Positions 1 to 7,506 of a DNA stretch of 32,000 bases are shown piece by piece. The position numbers were made by a program, and so were the translations under genes. The DNA is from Halomicrobium mukohataei DSM 12286 (GTDB lineage Archaea > Halobacteriota > Halobacteria > Halobacteriales > Haloarculaceae), in the NCBI RefSeq assembly GCF_000023965.1, contig NC_013202.1, positions 1 to 32,000 of the forward strand. Reading direction: 5' to 3'. Below the pieces are notes generated by a model. The model worked only from the letters and a program-made list of their open reading frames with translations, made no database searches and had not been told where the DNA came from. How positions within the stretch are numbered: position 1 is the first letter of the stretch; each line of letters starts with the position of its first letter.

Positions 1-42
1 GTCAGACAGTGATATGTGTCGGGTTAGACGGGTGAATGAGGC

Positions 43-2643
43 GTGACGATACCGGAACACATCGAGATCGATCAGCCCCTTCTCGATGGACGGTCCGTCG
101 CGGCGGGGTTCCGGTCGAACGATCAGACGTGGTGTGACGGCCACAACCAGCTTCAGGGCCTTCTCAGGGTGTTGTACCCGGCCTATCGCGTCGAGTACAC
201 CTACGCCGTCGAGGGGCGGTTCCCGTGGTCGAGTCCGGCCCACGAACGCGAGTACGCGCTGCTCGACGGCCTCTGGGAGGACAACGACGCGGGACTGGCG
301 ATGCATCGCCACGCCGCAAGCGAGACGACGACGATCGATCCGCGGGCGCGCTACGGCGACGCGTCGGTGCCGACGGTCGCGCTCGGCTTCCACGGCGACG
401 AAGCGCGAGCGGCGTCCGTGTTGCCGACCCAGCTCGAACACGAGCGCGAACGGATCGACCGGCAGATCGAGCGGTGGCACGAACAGGCCGACACAGAGGC
501 CTCGGCGGGCAACCACACGAAGGCCCGGCGCTTCCGCGAGCAGGCCGACGCCTACGAGGGCGGCGATCCGCTTCGCGACCTCCGTGAGATCTACGGCTTG
601 CCAGACGGTGTCGACGCCGACTCCTTCGAGGGCGTCGAGTCGATCGATCGAGTGTCTCTCCCCTTCTGGATCGCCGAACTCGGTGCCCAGGACCAGTCCG
701 AACTGTGCTACGTCGCCGTCCGCCCGACCGACGAGGGCTGGGCGCGAGACACCATCACCTCCGTGGGCTGGCTCGAACAGTTCGTGGCGAGCCACCAGTC
801 GGTGCTCGAATCGGACGGCCACTGGCTGGGTGCCGAGGACGTGGCCGTCGAGAGCACGCAAGACCGGATCGACCGTCGGCGCGAGGAGTCGGACGACCGG
901 CCGGCTCGCAGGCAGGACGACGAGGTCGTCGACCCACCGGAGACGGAACTGCTCGACGCCCAGCGACTCGTCGATCCCAGTCCCGACCGGAGCTTCTCTG
1001 ACGTGGGCGGGATGACGGCGCTGAAAGAGACGCTGGAGGAGAAGGTGCTGAAGCCCCTCGAACACCCCGAGCGCTACCGGGAATACGGGCTCAGTACCGT
1101 CGACGGCGTCCTGTTGCACGGGCCGCCGGGCTGTGGGAAGACCTACATCACGGGCGCGCTGGCGGGCGAACTCGGCCAGTCGTTCGTCCGCGTCTCGCCG
1201 GCCGATCTCTCCAGTAAGTACATGGGCGAACCCGCACAGAAGGTCCAGGAGCTGTTCGCCATCGCCAGGGCGAACCAGCCCTGCCTGGTCTTTCTCGACG
1301 AACTGGACGCGGTCACGGTCGCGCGGGACAACGACGACTCGAACCAGAGCGAGCAGGGAATGGTCAACCAGCTCCTGACGGAACTGGAAGGCGTCCGCGA
1401 CGAGGACGTGGTCGTCGTCGGCGCGACCAACCACGTCGACGACATCGACAGCGCGATCCGGCGCTCTGGCCGCTTCGACGAGCGCATCGAGGTGCCGCCG
1501 CCCGACGCCGACGCCCGCCGCGAGATGCTCCGGGTCCACCTCGCCGGACGGCCCACGACCGAGGGCCTCGACCTGTCCGCGACCGTCTCCGCGACGGCGG
1601 GCTACGCCGCCAGCGACCTCGAACGCGTCGTCGACGAAGCGGCCCGCGCGGCGCTGGCAGACGACAGTCCGGTCGGGACCGACCACCTCCGGGCGGCCGC
1701 CGAGCGGACCGAGACGAGCATCGACGAGTGGATCGGCCGCTACGAGTTCGTCGCCGAGGAAACCGACGGGACGGGGACGGTCGTCCAGCCGTCGAGTGTC
1801 GACCACCTCCAGGCCGACGCGATCGTCAGCGGCGACGTGACTCGGACGTTCGACGACGTTGGCGGCATGACCGACCTGCAGACGACGCTCGAAGAGAAGG
1901 TACTGGAGCCACTACGCCAGCCCGAGCGGTTCGAACAGTACGGTCTCGAACCGACCAGCGGCGTCCTCCTGTACGGCCCGCCCGGCTGTGGGAAGACCTA
2001 CATCACCGAGGCACTGGCGGGCGAACTCGATCACTTCTTCGTCGAGATCTCGCCGGCAGAGCTGGTCAGCAAGTGGATGGGCGAGCCCGCCCAGCGCGTC
2101 GCGGACCTGTTCGAGATCGCGCGAGCGAACCAGCCCTGCCTGGTCTTTCTCGACGAGATCGACGCGGTCGCGGGGAGTCGCGGCTCCAGCACGAACCAGA
2201 GCGGCCAACAGCTGGTCAATCAGCTGTTGACCGAGCTGGAGGCCATCTCCGACGAGAACGTGATCGTCGTCGGCGCGACCAACCTGATCGAGGACGTCGA
2301 CGGTGCGATCCGGCGCTCTGGCCGCTTCGACGAGCGCGTCGAGGTGCCGCCGCCCGACGCCGACGCCCGCCGCGAGATCCTTCGGGTCCACCTCGCAGAT
2401 CGCCCCGTCGCCGACGGCGTCGACTGGGATCGGCTGGCGACCGCCACGGACGGGTACGCCGCCAGCGACCTCGAACTCGTCGCCGACGAGGCCGCCCACC
2501 GCGCGCTGCGGGCCGGCGACAGCGTCGACACGACGCACCTCCTGGACGCCGTCGAACGCACAGAGTCGAGCCTGCGCCAGTGGGACGACGGCCAGCGCTA
2601 CCAGCAGAGCGAGGACACGTCGGACCTCCGGTACTTCGGCTAG
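43..2643 (+). CDS. Tandem AAA+ ATPase (CDC48/VCP-like D1-D2) with a ~310-aa N-terminal region of unknown function
   Basis: Two Walker A motifs GPPGCGKTY, two Walker B motifs (CLVFLDELD / CLVFLDEID) and two arginine-finger regions (IRRSGRFDER). GTG start at 43. High GC at codon position 3. The N-terminal ~310 aa do not resemble the usual CDC48 N domain by eye. Confidence 0.85.
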   Translation: MTIPEHIEIDQPLLDGRSVAAGFRSNDQTWCDGHNQLQGLLRVLYPAYRVEYTYAVEGRFPWSSPAHEREYALLDGLWEDNDAGLAMHRHAASETTTIDPRARYGDASVPTVALGFHGDEARAASVLPTQLEHERERIDRQIERWHEQADTEASAGNHTKARRFREQADAYEGGDPLRDLREIYGLPDGVDADSFEGVESIDRVSLPFWIAELGAQDQSELCYVAVRPTDEGWARDTITSVGWLEQFVASHQSVLESDGHWLGAEDVAVESTQDRIDRRREESDDRPARRQDDEVVDPPETELLDAQRLVDPSPDRSFSDVGGMTALKETLEEKVLKPLEHPERYREYGLSTVDGVLLHGPPGCGKTYITGALAGELGQSFVRVSPADLSSKYMGEPAQKVQELFAIARANQPCLVFLDELDAVTVARDNDDSNQSEQGMVNQLLTELEGVRDEDVVVVGATNHVDDIDSAIRRSGRFDERIEVPPPDADARREMLRVHLAGRPTTEGLDLSATVSATAGYAASDLERVVDEAARAALADDSPVGTDHLRAAAERTETSIDEWIGRYEFVAEETDGTGTVVQPSSVDHLQADAIVSGDVTRTFDDVGGMTDLQTTLEEKVLEPLRQPERFEQYGLEPTSGVLLYGPPGCGKTYITEALAGELDHFFVEISPAELVSKWMGEPAQRVADLFEIARANQPCLVFLDEIDAVAGSRGSSTNQSGQQLVNQLLTELEAISDENVIVVGATNLIEDVDGAIRRSGRFDERVEVPPPDADARREILRVHLADRPVADGVDWDRLATATDGYAASDLELVADEAAHRALRAGDSVDTTHLLDAVERTESSLRQWDDGQRYQQSEDTSDLRYFG

Positions 2644-2669
2644 CGCGACGACGATTTTCGATCGCGAGT

Positions 2670-2685
2670 GTCGCTGTACAGCGAC
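2670..2685. repeat. Perfect 16-bp palindrome GTCGCTGTACAGCGAC between the AAA gene stop and the thi4 promoter
   Basis: Read directly from the sequence. It lies 27 nt after the TAG at 2641-2643 and about 80 nt upstream of the thi4 ATG. It could be a terminator hairpin or an operator. Confidence 0.5.
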
Positions 2686-2745
2686 GGCGTCGGTAGCTGT
2701 CGAATCGCGTCAGCGAGTCCAGACCGGAACCACTATTGCAACGTG

Positions 2746-2755
2746 GTGGTACCAC
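2746..2755. promoter_or_regulatory. 10-bp palindrome GTGGTACCAC between a TATA-like element (ACTATTGCA, about 2732-2740) and the thi4 start codon; candidate operator
   Basis: Perfect palindrome read directly. It sits at -9 to -18 relative to the ATG at 2764, a typical position for an archaeal repressor site. Confidence 0.35.
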
Positions 2756-2763
2756 TAGGTTGT

Positions 2764-3687
2764 ATGAGCGAATTCGAGCAGTTCAGCGACGTCGGTGAGG
2801 CGGAAGTCACACGCGCGATCGGGCAGGAGTGGACCGAGGAGTTCATGGACTTCTCGGACTCCGACGTGATCATCGTCGGCGGCGGCCCCTCCGGGCTGAC
2901 CGCGGCCAAGGAACTGGCCGAGCGCGGCGTCCAGGTCATGGTCGTCGAGAAGAACAACTACCTCGGCGGGGGCTTCTGGCTTGGCGGGTTCCTGATGAAC
3001 AAGGTCACCGTTCGAGACCCCGCACAGAACGTGCTGGACGAACTCGACGTGGACTACAAGCAGTCCCAGGACAGCGACGGACTCTACGTCGCCAACGGTC
3101 CCGAAGCCTGTTCCGGCCTGATCAAGGCCGCCTGTGACGCCGGTGCGAAGATGCAGAACATGACGGAGTTCACCGACATCGTCATCCGCGAGGACCACCG
3201 CGTCGGCGGGATCGTCATGAACTGGACGCCGGTCCACGCGCTGCCCCGCGAGATCACCTGCGTCGATCCGATCGCCGTCGAGGCCGACCTCGTCATCGAC
3301 GCGACGGGCCACGACGCGATGGCCGTCAAAAAGCTCGACGAGCGAGGCGTCCTCAACGCGCCCGGTCTCGAAGAGGAAGCCAGCGGCATGGATTCCACCG
3401 GCGACGACACCTACGGCGCACCGGGCCACGACTCGCCCGGCCACGACTCGATGTGGGTCGGCAAGAGCGAGGACGCCGTCGTCGAGCACACCGGCCTCGC
3501 CCACGACGGCCTCATCGTCACCGGGATGGCCACCGCGACCACCTACGGGCTGCCCCGCATGGGTCCGACCTTCGGTGCCATGCTGCTCTCGGGCAAGCGC
3601 GCCGCACAGGCCGCGCTGGACGAACTCGAAGTCGACGCCGAACCGGTCGACGTGACGGCGACGAACGCGACCCCCGCGGACGATTAG
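2764..3687 (+). CDS. thi4: Thiamine thiazole synthase Thi4 (archaeal/eukaryotic type)
   Basis: Dinucleotide-binding motif [11 protein letters not shown], then [18 protein letters not shown] and MGPTFGAM. The internal ATG at 2764 (MSEFEQF...) gives 307 aa. It retains a Cys in the TCVDP motif, which I recall as the sulfur-donor Cys position of cysteine-dependent Thi4 enzymes. Confidence 0.9.
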   Translation: MSEFEQFSDVGEAEVTRAIGQEWTEEFMDFSDSDVIIVGGGPSGLTAAKELAERGVQVMVVEKNNYLGGGFWLGGFLMNKVTVRDPAQNVLDELDVDYKQSQDSDGLYVANGPEACSGLIKAACDAGAKMQNMTEFTDIVIREDHRVGGIVMNWTPVHALPREITCVDPIAVEADLVIDATGHDAMAVKKLDERGVLNAPGLEEEASGMDSTGDDTYGAPGHDSPGHDSMWVGKSEDAVVEHTGLAHDGLIVTGMATATTYGLPRMGPTFGAMLLSGKRAAQAALDELEVDAEPVDVTATNATPADD

Positions 3688-3845
3688 GGAGAGCCTGAGC
3701 GAAGAGAAGGGTCTCCGACGCGACCGCGGAGCAAAGCGATGCGGGAGCAGCGAGAGGGGCGCTGTGAGCGTAGCGAACAGCGGTCCTCGTCAGTGCGAGC
3801 GGGAGTGAGCGAAGCGAACGACACGCGGGCAGAGAGAGGGGATCG

Positions 3846-4313
3846 TTACAGCTCGAACTCGCTGTCGTCGTCCTCTTCGGGAGCCTCCTCGAAGGCCTCT
3901 GGCGGTTGGCCGGCCTCGTCGACGACCTCGTCGGAGACGATCAGCGGGCAGTCGACGCGCAGCGCGATCGCGATGCCGTCGGAGGGGCGAGCGTCGAACA
4001 CCATCTCTTTTCGTCGGTCGTCGAGGTACTGCTCGGTGTCGATCTTGGCGTAGAAGGTGCCGTCGGCCAGATCGTCGATCCGGACGCGATCGATCGCCGC
4101 ACCGAACTCCGCGACCATCTCGACCATGAGGTCGTGGGTCAACGGCCGCTCGAACGGTTCGCCTTCGAGTGCCAGCTGCATCGACTGGGCCTGGTCGGAG
4201 CTGACGAAGATGGGGACGACCTCCTCGCGCGCACGCAAGAGAACGACCGGCGCGCCGGGACCTTCCTCACCGACGCCGATTCCGACGCCTTCCACCGTGG
4301 CCTCGTGTTCCAT
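3846..4313 (-). CDS. Bifunctional nuclease domain protein (BFN/DUF151 family) with an acidic C-terminal tail
   Basis: Translation MEHEATVEGVGIGV...VVLLRAREEVVPIFVSSDQAQSMQLALEGEPFERPLTHDLMVEMV... matches my memory of the DUF151 fold family. The true ATG is at 4313. The listed ORF extension to 4562 runs through the non-coding element. Confidence 0.8.
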   Translation of the reverse strand: MEHEATVEGVGIGVGEEGPGAPVVLLRAREEVVPIFVSSDQAQSMQLALEGEPFERPLTHDLMVEMVAEFGAAIDRVRIDDLADGTFYAKIDTEQYLDDRRKEMVFDARPSDGIAIALRVDCPLIVSDEVVDEAGQPPEAFEEAPEEDDDSEFEL

Positions 4314-4335
4314 GTCCGACGGTTCGGTACGGAGG

Positions 4336-4344
4336 TATGAAAAG
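4336..4344 (-). promoter_or_regulatory. TATA-like box (CTTTTCATA on the minus strand) about 23 nt upstream of the nuclease-domain gene ATG; implies a leaderless or near-leaderless mRNA
   Basis: AT-rich motif in a GC-rich context. The same TTTTCA-type motif recurs at the same spacing before pfdB, dcd and the 18569-19333 gene. Confidence 0.4.
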
Positions 4345-4353
4345 CTGTGCAGT

Positions 4354-4361
4354 GGGCCACA
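4354..4361. repeat. Left copy of the 8-bp direct repeat GGGCCACA flanking the 4362-4743 element (candidate target-site duplication)
   Basis: Exact 8-mer, 4 nt outside the left inverted repeat. An identical 8-mer lies 4 nt outside the right inverted repeat. Confidence 0.45.
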
Positions 4362-4365
4362 GATC

Positions 4366-4378
4366 GTGTTCAGATAAG
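4366..4378. repeat. Left terminal inverted repeat GTGTTCAGATAAG
   Basis: Perfect reverse complement of 4727-4739. Confidence 0.7.
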
Positions 4379-4726
4379 CCGCTGCATCTTCTGAGTTGTA
4401 GACACCGAAAACCCTCGTACAGTTGCGGTCCCGCGACTCGCTGCGCGCGCTTCGCGTGCTTGCCGAGAGGGACTCTCCGAGTCCCTCTGGCCGTGCGAAC
4501 GGGCGCTTTGCGCCCGTGAGCAGACTTCGTCGGGGTTCCCGCAACTGTACTCGCCCTTTCATCCGCCAGGGTTCAGACTGTGAGGCAGCCGAATCCTGGC
4601 GGATGAAAGGGCGAGGCGCAGTCCGGGGTTCTGCGGCGGCACTATCCGAACGGAGTGAGGATATCTGCCACAGAACCTCGGAGCGTGCCGAGGGCTTTCG
4701 GTGCTTCAGACTGCCTGCACCGATCT

Positions 4727-4739
4727 CTTATCTGAACAC
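4727..4739. repeat. Right terminal inverted repeat CTTATCTGAACAC
   Basis: Perfect reverse complement of 4366-4378. Confidence 0.7.
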
Positions 4740-4743
4740 TACC

Positions 4744-4751
4744 GGGCCACA
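4744..4751. repeat. Right copy of the 8-bp direct repeat GGGCCACA
   Basis: Identical to 4354-4361 and placed symmetrically (4-nt spacer from the inverted repeat). Confidence 0.45.
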
Positions 4752-4791
4752 CCGGCGAGTAGTTTAGGGGCGTGGCGACGAAAGCCGAGTC

Positions 4792-5085
4792 GTGAGCGAC
4801 GAGTACCGGGTCGCGATCAAGCCCTCCGCCTGGCAGCGCTCGCGGGCGGTCGGCGAGTGGGTGAACCGCGACGGCGCTCGGCGGGGTTTCGCGTCGAAGG
4901 CGCTGGCCCGGGAGTGGGCCAGGGCGTGCTCGGGCCACGGCGTACACCTGTGGGTCCAGGACGCGCCGGACCGCGAGGATCGGCCGATCGACGGCTACCT
5001 CGTCGGCGGCGCGCGCGGGACCGACCGCGCTGCCGACGGGGGGAGACAGCAGTCACTCGCCGAGGGGACCGACAATCCCGGTTAA
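4792..5085 (+). CDS. Small hypothetical protein (97 aa), no recognisable domain
   Basis: GTG start. Codon position 3 is almost entirely G/C, as in neighbouring real genes. The composition is not the Arg/Pro-rich shadow type. Confidence 0.5.
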   Translation: MSDEYRVAIKPSAWQRSRAVGEWVNRDGARRGFASKALAREWARACSGHGVHLWVQDAPDREDRPIDGYLVGGARGTDRAADGGRQQSLAEGTDNPG

Positions 5086-5203
5086 TGCGAGTTGATTGGG
5101 AACGTAAAACCGGTTGAAGCGGCTTAATCCGGCGGGATTCGACAGTAACGCGTCCCCCCTTCAAGTCCCATCGGCGGCGTAGGTGAGCCCGGAGACAACG
5201 ACG

Positions 5204-5638
5204 ATGCAACTCAAGACAATCGCCACGCTGGTGCTGGCCGTCGCCCTCGTCACGGGCTCGGCGGCAGCACTGCCCGGCAACGCACCTGCACAGGCCGACG
5301 ACCACGCCGATACCGACGCGGCGGACGCGAACGCCGATCGCGACGCGGACTCCGCCGAGAGTGACGACGCCGACGGTGCGGCGAACGAATCTGCCGACGC
5401 CGACCGCGGCCCGCCCGCCGACGTGCCCGGTGACGACCGACGCGGTCCGCCCGCGGACACGCCCGCACAGGTCCCCGACTTCGTCGGTGAGATCCACTCG
5501 CTGATCGGCCAGCACGTCGATGGGGCGCTGGACGGCTCGCTGGGCGAGCAGATCAGCGACGCGACGCCGGACGACGAGAGCGACGACGCGGACATCGACG
5601 ACGCAGACAGCGACGAGCAGACCGACGCGGACGCCTAA
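5204..5638 (+). CDS. Secreted, extremely Asp/Ala-rich low-complexity protein with an N-terminal signal peptide
   Basis: MQLKTIATLVLAVALVTGSAAALPG looks like a signal peptide. The mature part is D/A-rich and carries a tandem RGPPAD(V/T)P motif. I prefer the ATG at 5204 to the listed start at 5183. Confidence 0.6.
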   Translation: MQLKTIATLVLAVALVTGSAAALPGNAPAQADDHADTDAADANADRDADSAESDDADGAANESADADRGPPADVPGDDRRGPPADTPAQVPDFVGEIHSLIGQHVDGALDGSLGEQISDATPDDESDDADIDDADSDEQTDADA

Positions 5639-5680
5639 GCCGACCGTCCCCGCTGATACGGACGCCGACCGAGCGCGACG

Positions 5681-5686
5681 TTTTTT
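5681..5686 (+). terminator. T6 tract: oligo-T terminator for the acidic-protein gene and/or TATA-like element for the gene starting at 5711
   Basis: TTTTTT lies 43 nt after the stop codon and 25-30 nt upstream of the ATG at 5711. The two roles cannot be separated from sequence alone. Confidence 0.35.
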
Positions 5687-5710
5687 ACCACAGCGACCCT
5701 CGGTCCGGAT

Positions 5711-5968
5711 ATGGCAGAGTCCTCCGACCGCATCGACACGAGCGACCTGCGTGACGGCCTCGAACTGAACCGCTGGCAAGCGATCAAGGCCGTCACTCCG
5801 TTCCTGTTGCTCGGACTGGCGGATCTCGTCCTGTTGCTCCAGTGGGGGCTCGACCCACTCTGGGGGTTCATGATCCTGCCGCCGATCCTCTTTATCAGCG
5901 TGCTGGCCTGGATCGCCTTCCGGACGGGCTTCACCAAAGAACGGACACAGACGGCGGCAAAAGAGTAG
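5711..5968 (+). CDS. Small membrane protein (85 aa, two predicted transmembrane helices)
   Basis: Hydrophobic stretches AVTPFLLLGLADLVLLLQWGL and GFMILPPILFISVLAWIAF. High GC at codon position 3. Confidence 0.55.
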   Translation: MAESSDRIDTSDLRDGLELNRWQAIKAVTPFLLLGLADLVLLLQWGLDPLWGFMILPPILFISVLAWIAFRTGFTKERTQTAAKE

Positions 5969-5972
5969 CCCG

Positions 5973-6236
5973 CTACGACGAGAACAGGTCGTCGACGGCC
6001 GCCTGCGCTGCCAGTGCCGCGTCGTCGGCGACGCGTGACTCGTCGTGTCGACCGTCGGGCGCGTTCAGATACACGTCTACGTCGAGGACGCCGTCCTCGA
6101 ACGAGACGGTCACGTCGAGGTCCTCGACAGCACCGGTGTCGTATCGCGAGAAGACGACGTCTTCGGCAGCCGTCGCGGCGGTCTCGACGACCGCCTCGTC
6201 GGTGGGGTCGTCACTGTGCGACTGATCGGTCGACAT
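5973..6236 (-). CDS. Small acidic conserved archaeal protein, possibly DUF3194 family, co-transcribed with prefoldin beta
   Basis: Its ATG lies directly next to the pfdB stop codon (CAT 6234-6236, TTA 6237-6239). Acidic 87-aa product. The family assignment is from memory of gene neighbourhoods only. Confidence 0.55.
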   Translation of the reverse strand: MSTDQSHSDDPTDEAVVETAATAAEDVVFSRYDTGAVEDLDVTVSFEDGVLDVDVYLNAPDGRHDESRVADDAALAAQAAVDDLFSS

Positions 6237-6629
6237 TTACGCGCCGCCAGCGCCGCCCGGACCGGGTGCGCCGCCGGGACCGCCACCGCCCCCCAGCATC
6301 TGCTGGAGCTCGCTCTGGAGGTCCTCGAACTGCTCGCGGACGCGCTCTTCCTGCTTTTCGAGGGTCTCGGTTCGGATCTCCAGTTCGTCGACCTTCTCTT
6401 CGAGGTCCTCGACGGCCTCGGCGTAGTCGGTCTTGACGAGCAGTTCGCCGACCTCGCGGTACATCGTCGAGTCTTCGTCGATGTCGTCGAGTTCGTCGAG
6501 CGCCGTCTGGGACTCCTGAAGCTGTGTCTCGGCCTGCTGCTTCTGGGCTGCGACCTGCTGTGCGGTCTCCTGAAGGTCCTGTAGCTCTTCGAGTTTCTCC
6601 TGTGCTTCCGGCGGCAGATTACCCTGCAT
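6237..6629 (-). CDS. pfdB: Prefoldin beta subunit
   Basis: Coiled-coil heptad-rich sequence [26 protein letters not shown]...[13 protein letters not shown]...[12 protein letters not shown] with a Gly/Pro-rich tail. ATG at 6629. Confidence 0.85.
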   Translation of the reverse strand: MQGNLPPEAQEKLEELQDLQETAQQVAAQKQQAETQLQESQTALDELDDIDEDSTMYREVGELLVKTDYAEAVEDLEEKVDELEIRTETLEKQEERVREQFEDLQSELQQMLGGGGGPGGAPGPGGAGGA

Positions 6630-6649
6630 ACCCACCACCTCGGGTGCCG

Positions 6650-6659
6650 CACTGAAAAA
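6650..6659 (-). promoter_or_regulatory. TATA-like box (TTTTTCAGTG on the minus strand) 21 nt upstream of the pfdB ATG
   Basis: AT-rich motif at the canonical distance for a leaderless transcript. Confidence 0.4.
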
Positions 6660-6702
6660 CCATTGCTTTCGGTGCAGGCGTGTCGAATCCCGGGCCGGCT
6701 CG

Positions 6703-7467
6703 TTACTCGGGATACAGTTCGACGCGTTCGTCGATGCCCTCGATGCGGGCCACGTCGGCCTCGTCGAGCGTGAGGTCGGTCGCGGCGAGGTTCGCTCGCA
6801 GGTGGGCCGGCGAGGAGGCCTTGGGGATCGTCACGACGTTGTCGTGAGAACACAGCCACGCGATCGCGACGGTGGCTGGCGAGGAGTTGTACTTGTCCGC
6901 GATATCTTCGAGGACCGGGTCGTCGAAGACCTTCCCGCCGGCCAGGGGCGAGTACGCGACGAGCGGGTAGTCGTGTTCCTGGGCGTGGGTCAGGAGCTCG
7001 TCCTGCCGGAAGTAGGGGTGGAACTCGACCTGGTGGGCCGCGATCGGTGCGTCGAGGTGCGTGCGTGCCGTTCGCAGCTGGTCGGGCTCGAAGTTCGAGA
7101 GCGCGACCGCCCGCGTCAGGCCCGCGTCGGCGACCGCGTCGAGCGCCGACAGCGTGCTCGCCGGCTCGTAGTCGCCGCGCGGGCGGTGGACGTAGAGGAG
7201 GTCGACGGCGTCCAGACCGAGCCGATCGAGACTCGCCTCGGTACCGGGACGGACGTCGTCGGCGGCGAGACGGTCGATCCACAGCTTCGTCGCGACCGTC
7301 AGCTCGTCCCGAGCGACCGGGCTGGCCGCGATGGCGTCCCCGACCGTGGCCTCGTTCTCGTAGATCTGTGCCGTATCGAGGTGGCGGTACCCCAGTTCGA
7401 TGGCGCGCGCGATCGGGTCGGTCTCGTCGATACCCATCGTCCCGAGGCCGACGGCTGGCAGGTCCAT
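6703..7467 (-). CDS. Aldo/keto reductase family oxidoreductase
   Basis: [31 protein letters not shown] and [14 protein letters not shown] are characteristic AKR motifs. Confidence 0.9.
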   Translation of the reverse strand: MDLPAVGLGTMGIDETDPIARAIELGYRHLDTAQIYENEATVGDAIAASPVARDELTVATKLWIDRLAADDVRPGTEASLDRLGLDAVDLLYVHRPRGDYEPASTLSALDAVADAGLTRAVALSNFEPDQLRTARTHLDAPIAAHQVEFHPYFRQDELLTHAQEHDYPLVAYSPLAGGKVFDDPVLEDIADKYNSSPATVAIAWLCSHDNVVTIPKASSPAHLRANLAATDLTLDEADVARIEGIDERVELYPE

Positions 7468-7506
7468 ACGACCACTACCGAAGGGGACAACTAGTGTCTG
7501 GCGGTG

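Larger units (their letters stand above)
4362..4743. mobile_element. 382-bp non-coding element with terminal inverted repeats and a helix-rich interior: MITE-like insertion or unclassified structured RNA
   Basis: Perfect 13-bp inverted repeats GTGTTCAGATAAG / CTTATCTGAACAC. The arms stay similar for about 55 nt (4403-4417 pairs with 4689-4703, 14/15). Interior helices: a 12-bp stem 4417-4428/4539-4550 enclosing three hairpins; a 20-bp perfect stem 4551-4570/4595-4614; and a 16-bp stem 4622-4637/4667-4682. No credible ORF. Confidence 0.45.

Noticed and set aside
4419-4430. Exact 12-mer ACAGTTGCGGTC shared between the structured element (4419-4430) and the 19334-19623 spacer (19362-19373).
   Set aside because: A single 12-mer match between two sites in 32 kb (both strands) of compositionally biased DNA is expected by chance. 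The similarity does not extend further.
3846-4562. Long N-terminal extensions in the ORF track. Examples: 3846-4562, 10975-12099, 15803-16969, 21325-22221, 21505-22356, 29324-30250, 18569-19510 and 2668-3687.
   Set aside because: The recognisable protein starts at an internal Met or Val preceded by a TATA-like box or Shine-Dalgarno-like site. The extensions run through intergenic DNA or neighbouring genes and have shadow-like composition.
4362-4743. Considered that the structured element is RNase P RNA or SRP (7S) RNA, the usual ~300-430-nt structured RNAs in archaeal intergenic regions.
   Set aside because: Neither strand contains the universal RNase P CR-I core (GGAAAGTCC). The best look-alikes are GAAAGCCC and CAGAAGATGCAGCGGCTTA, with the wrong spacing. 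The SRP helix-8 signature (GGAA tetraloop flanked by AGGNC... / ...AGCA) is absent: the 20-bp stem has a 24-nt loop with only a loose GCAGCC resemblance. Only a covariance-model search could settle this.
6670-6700. TCGAATCCCGG resembling a tRNA T-loop/T-stem (a similar GGTTCGAATCGG occurs at 22317).
   Set aside because: The flanking bases cannot form a T stem, acceptor stem or anticodon arm. The second site lies inside the HNH gene coding frame (ELGFESA).
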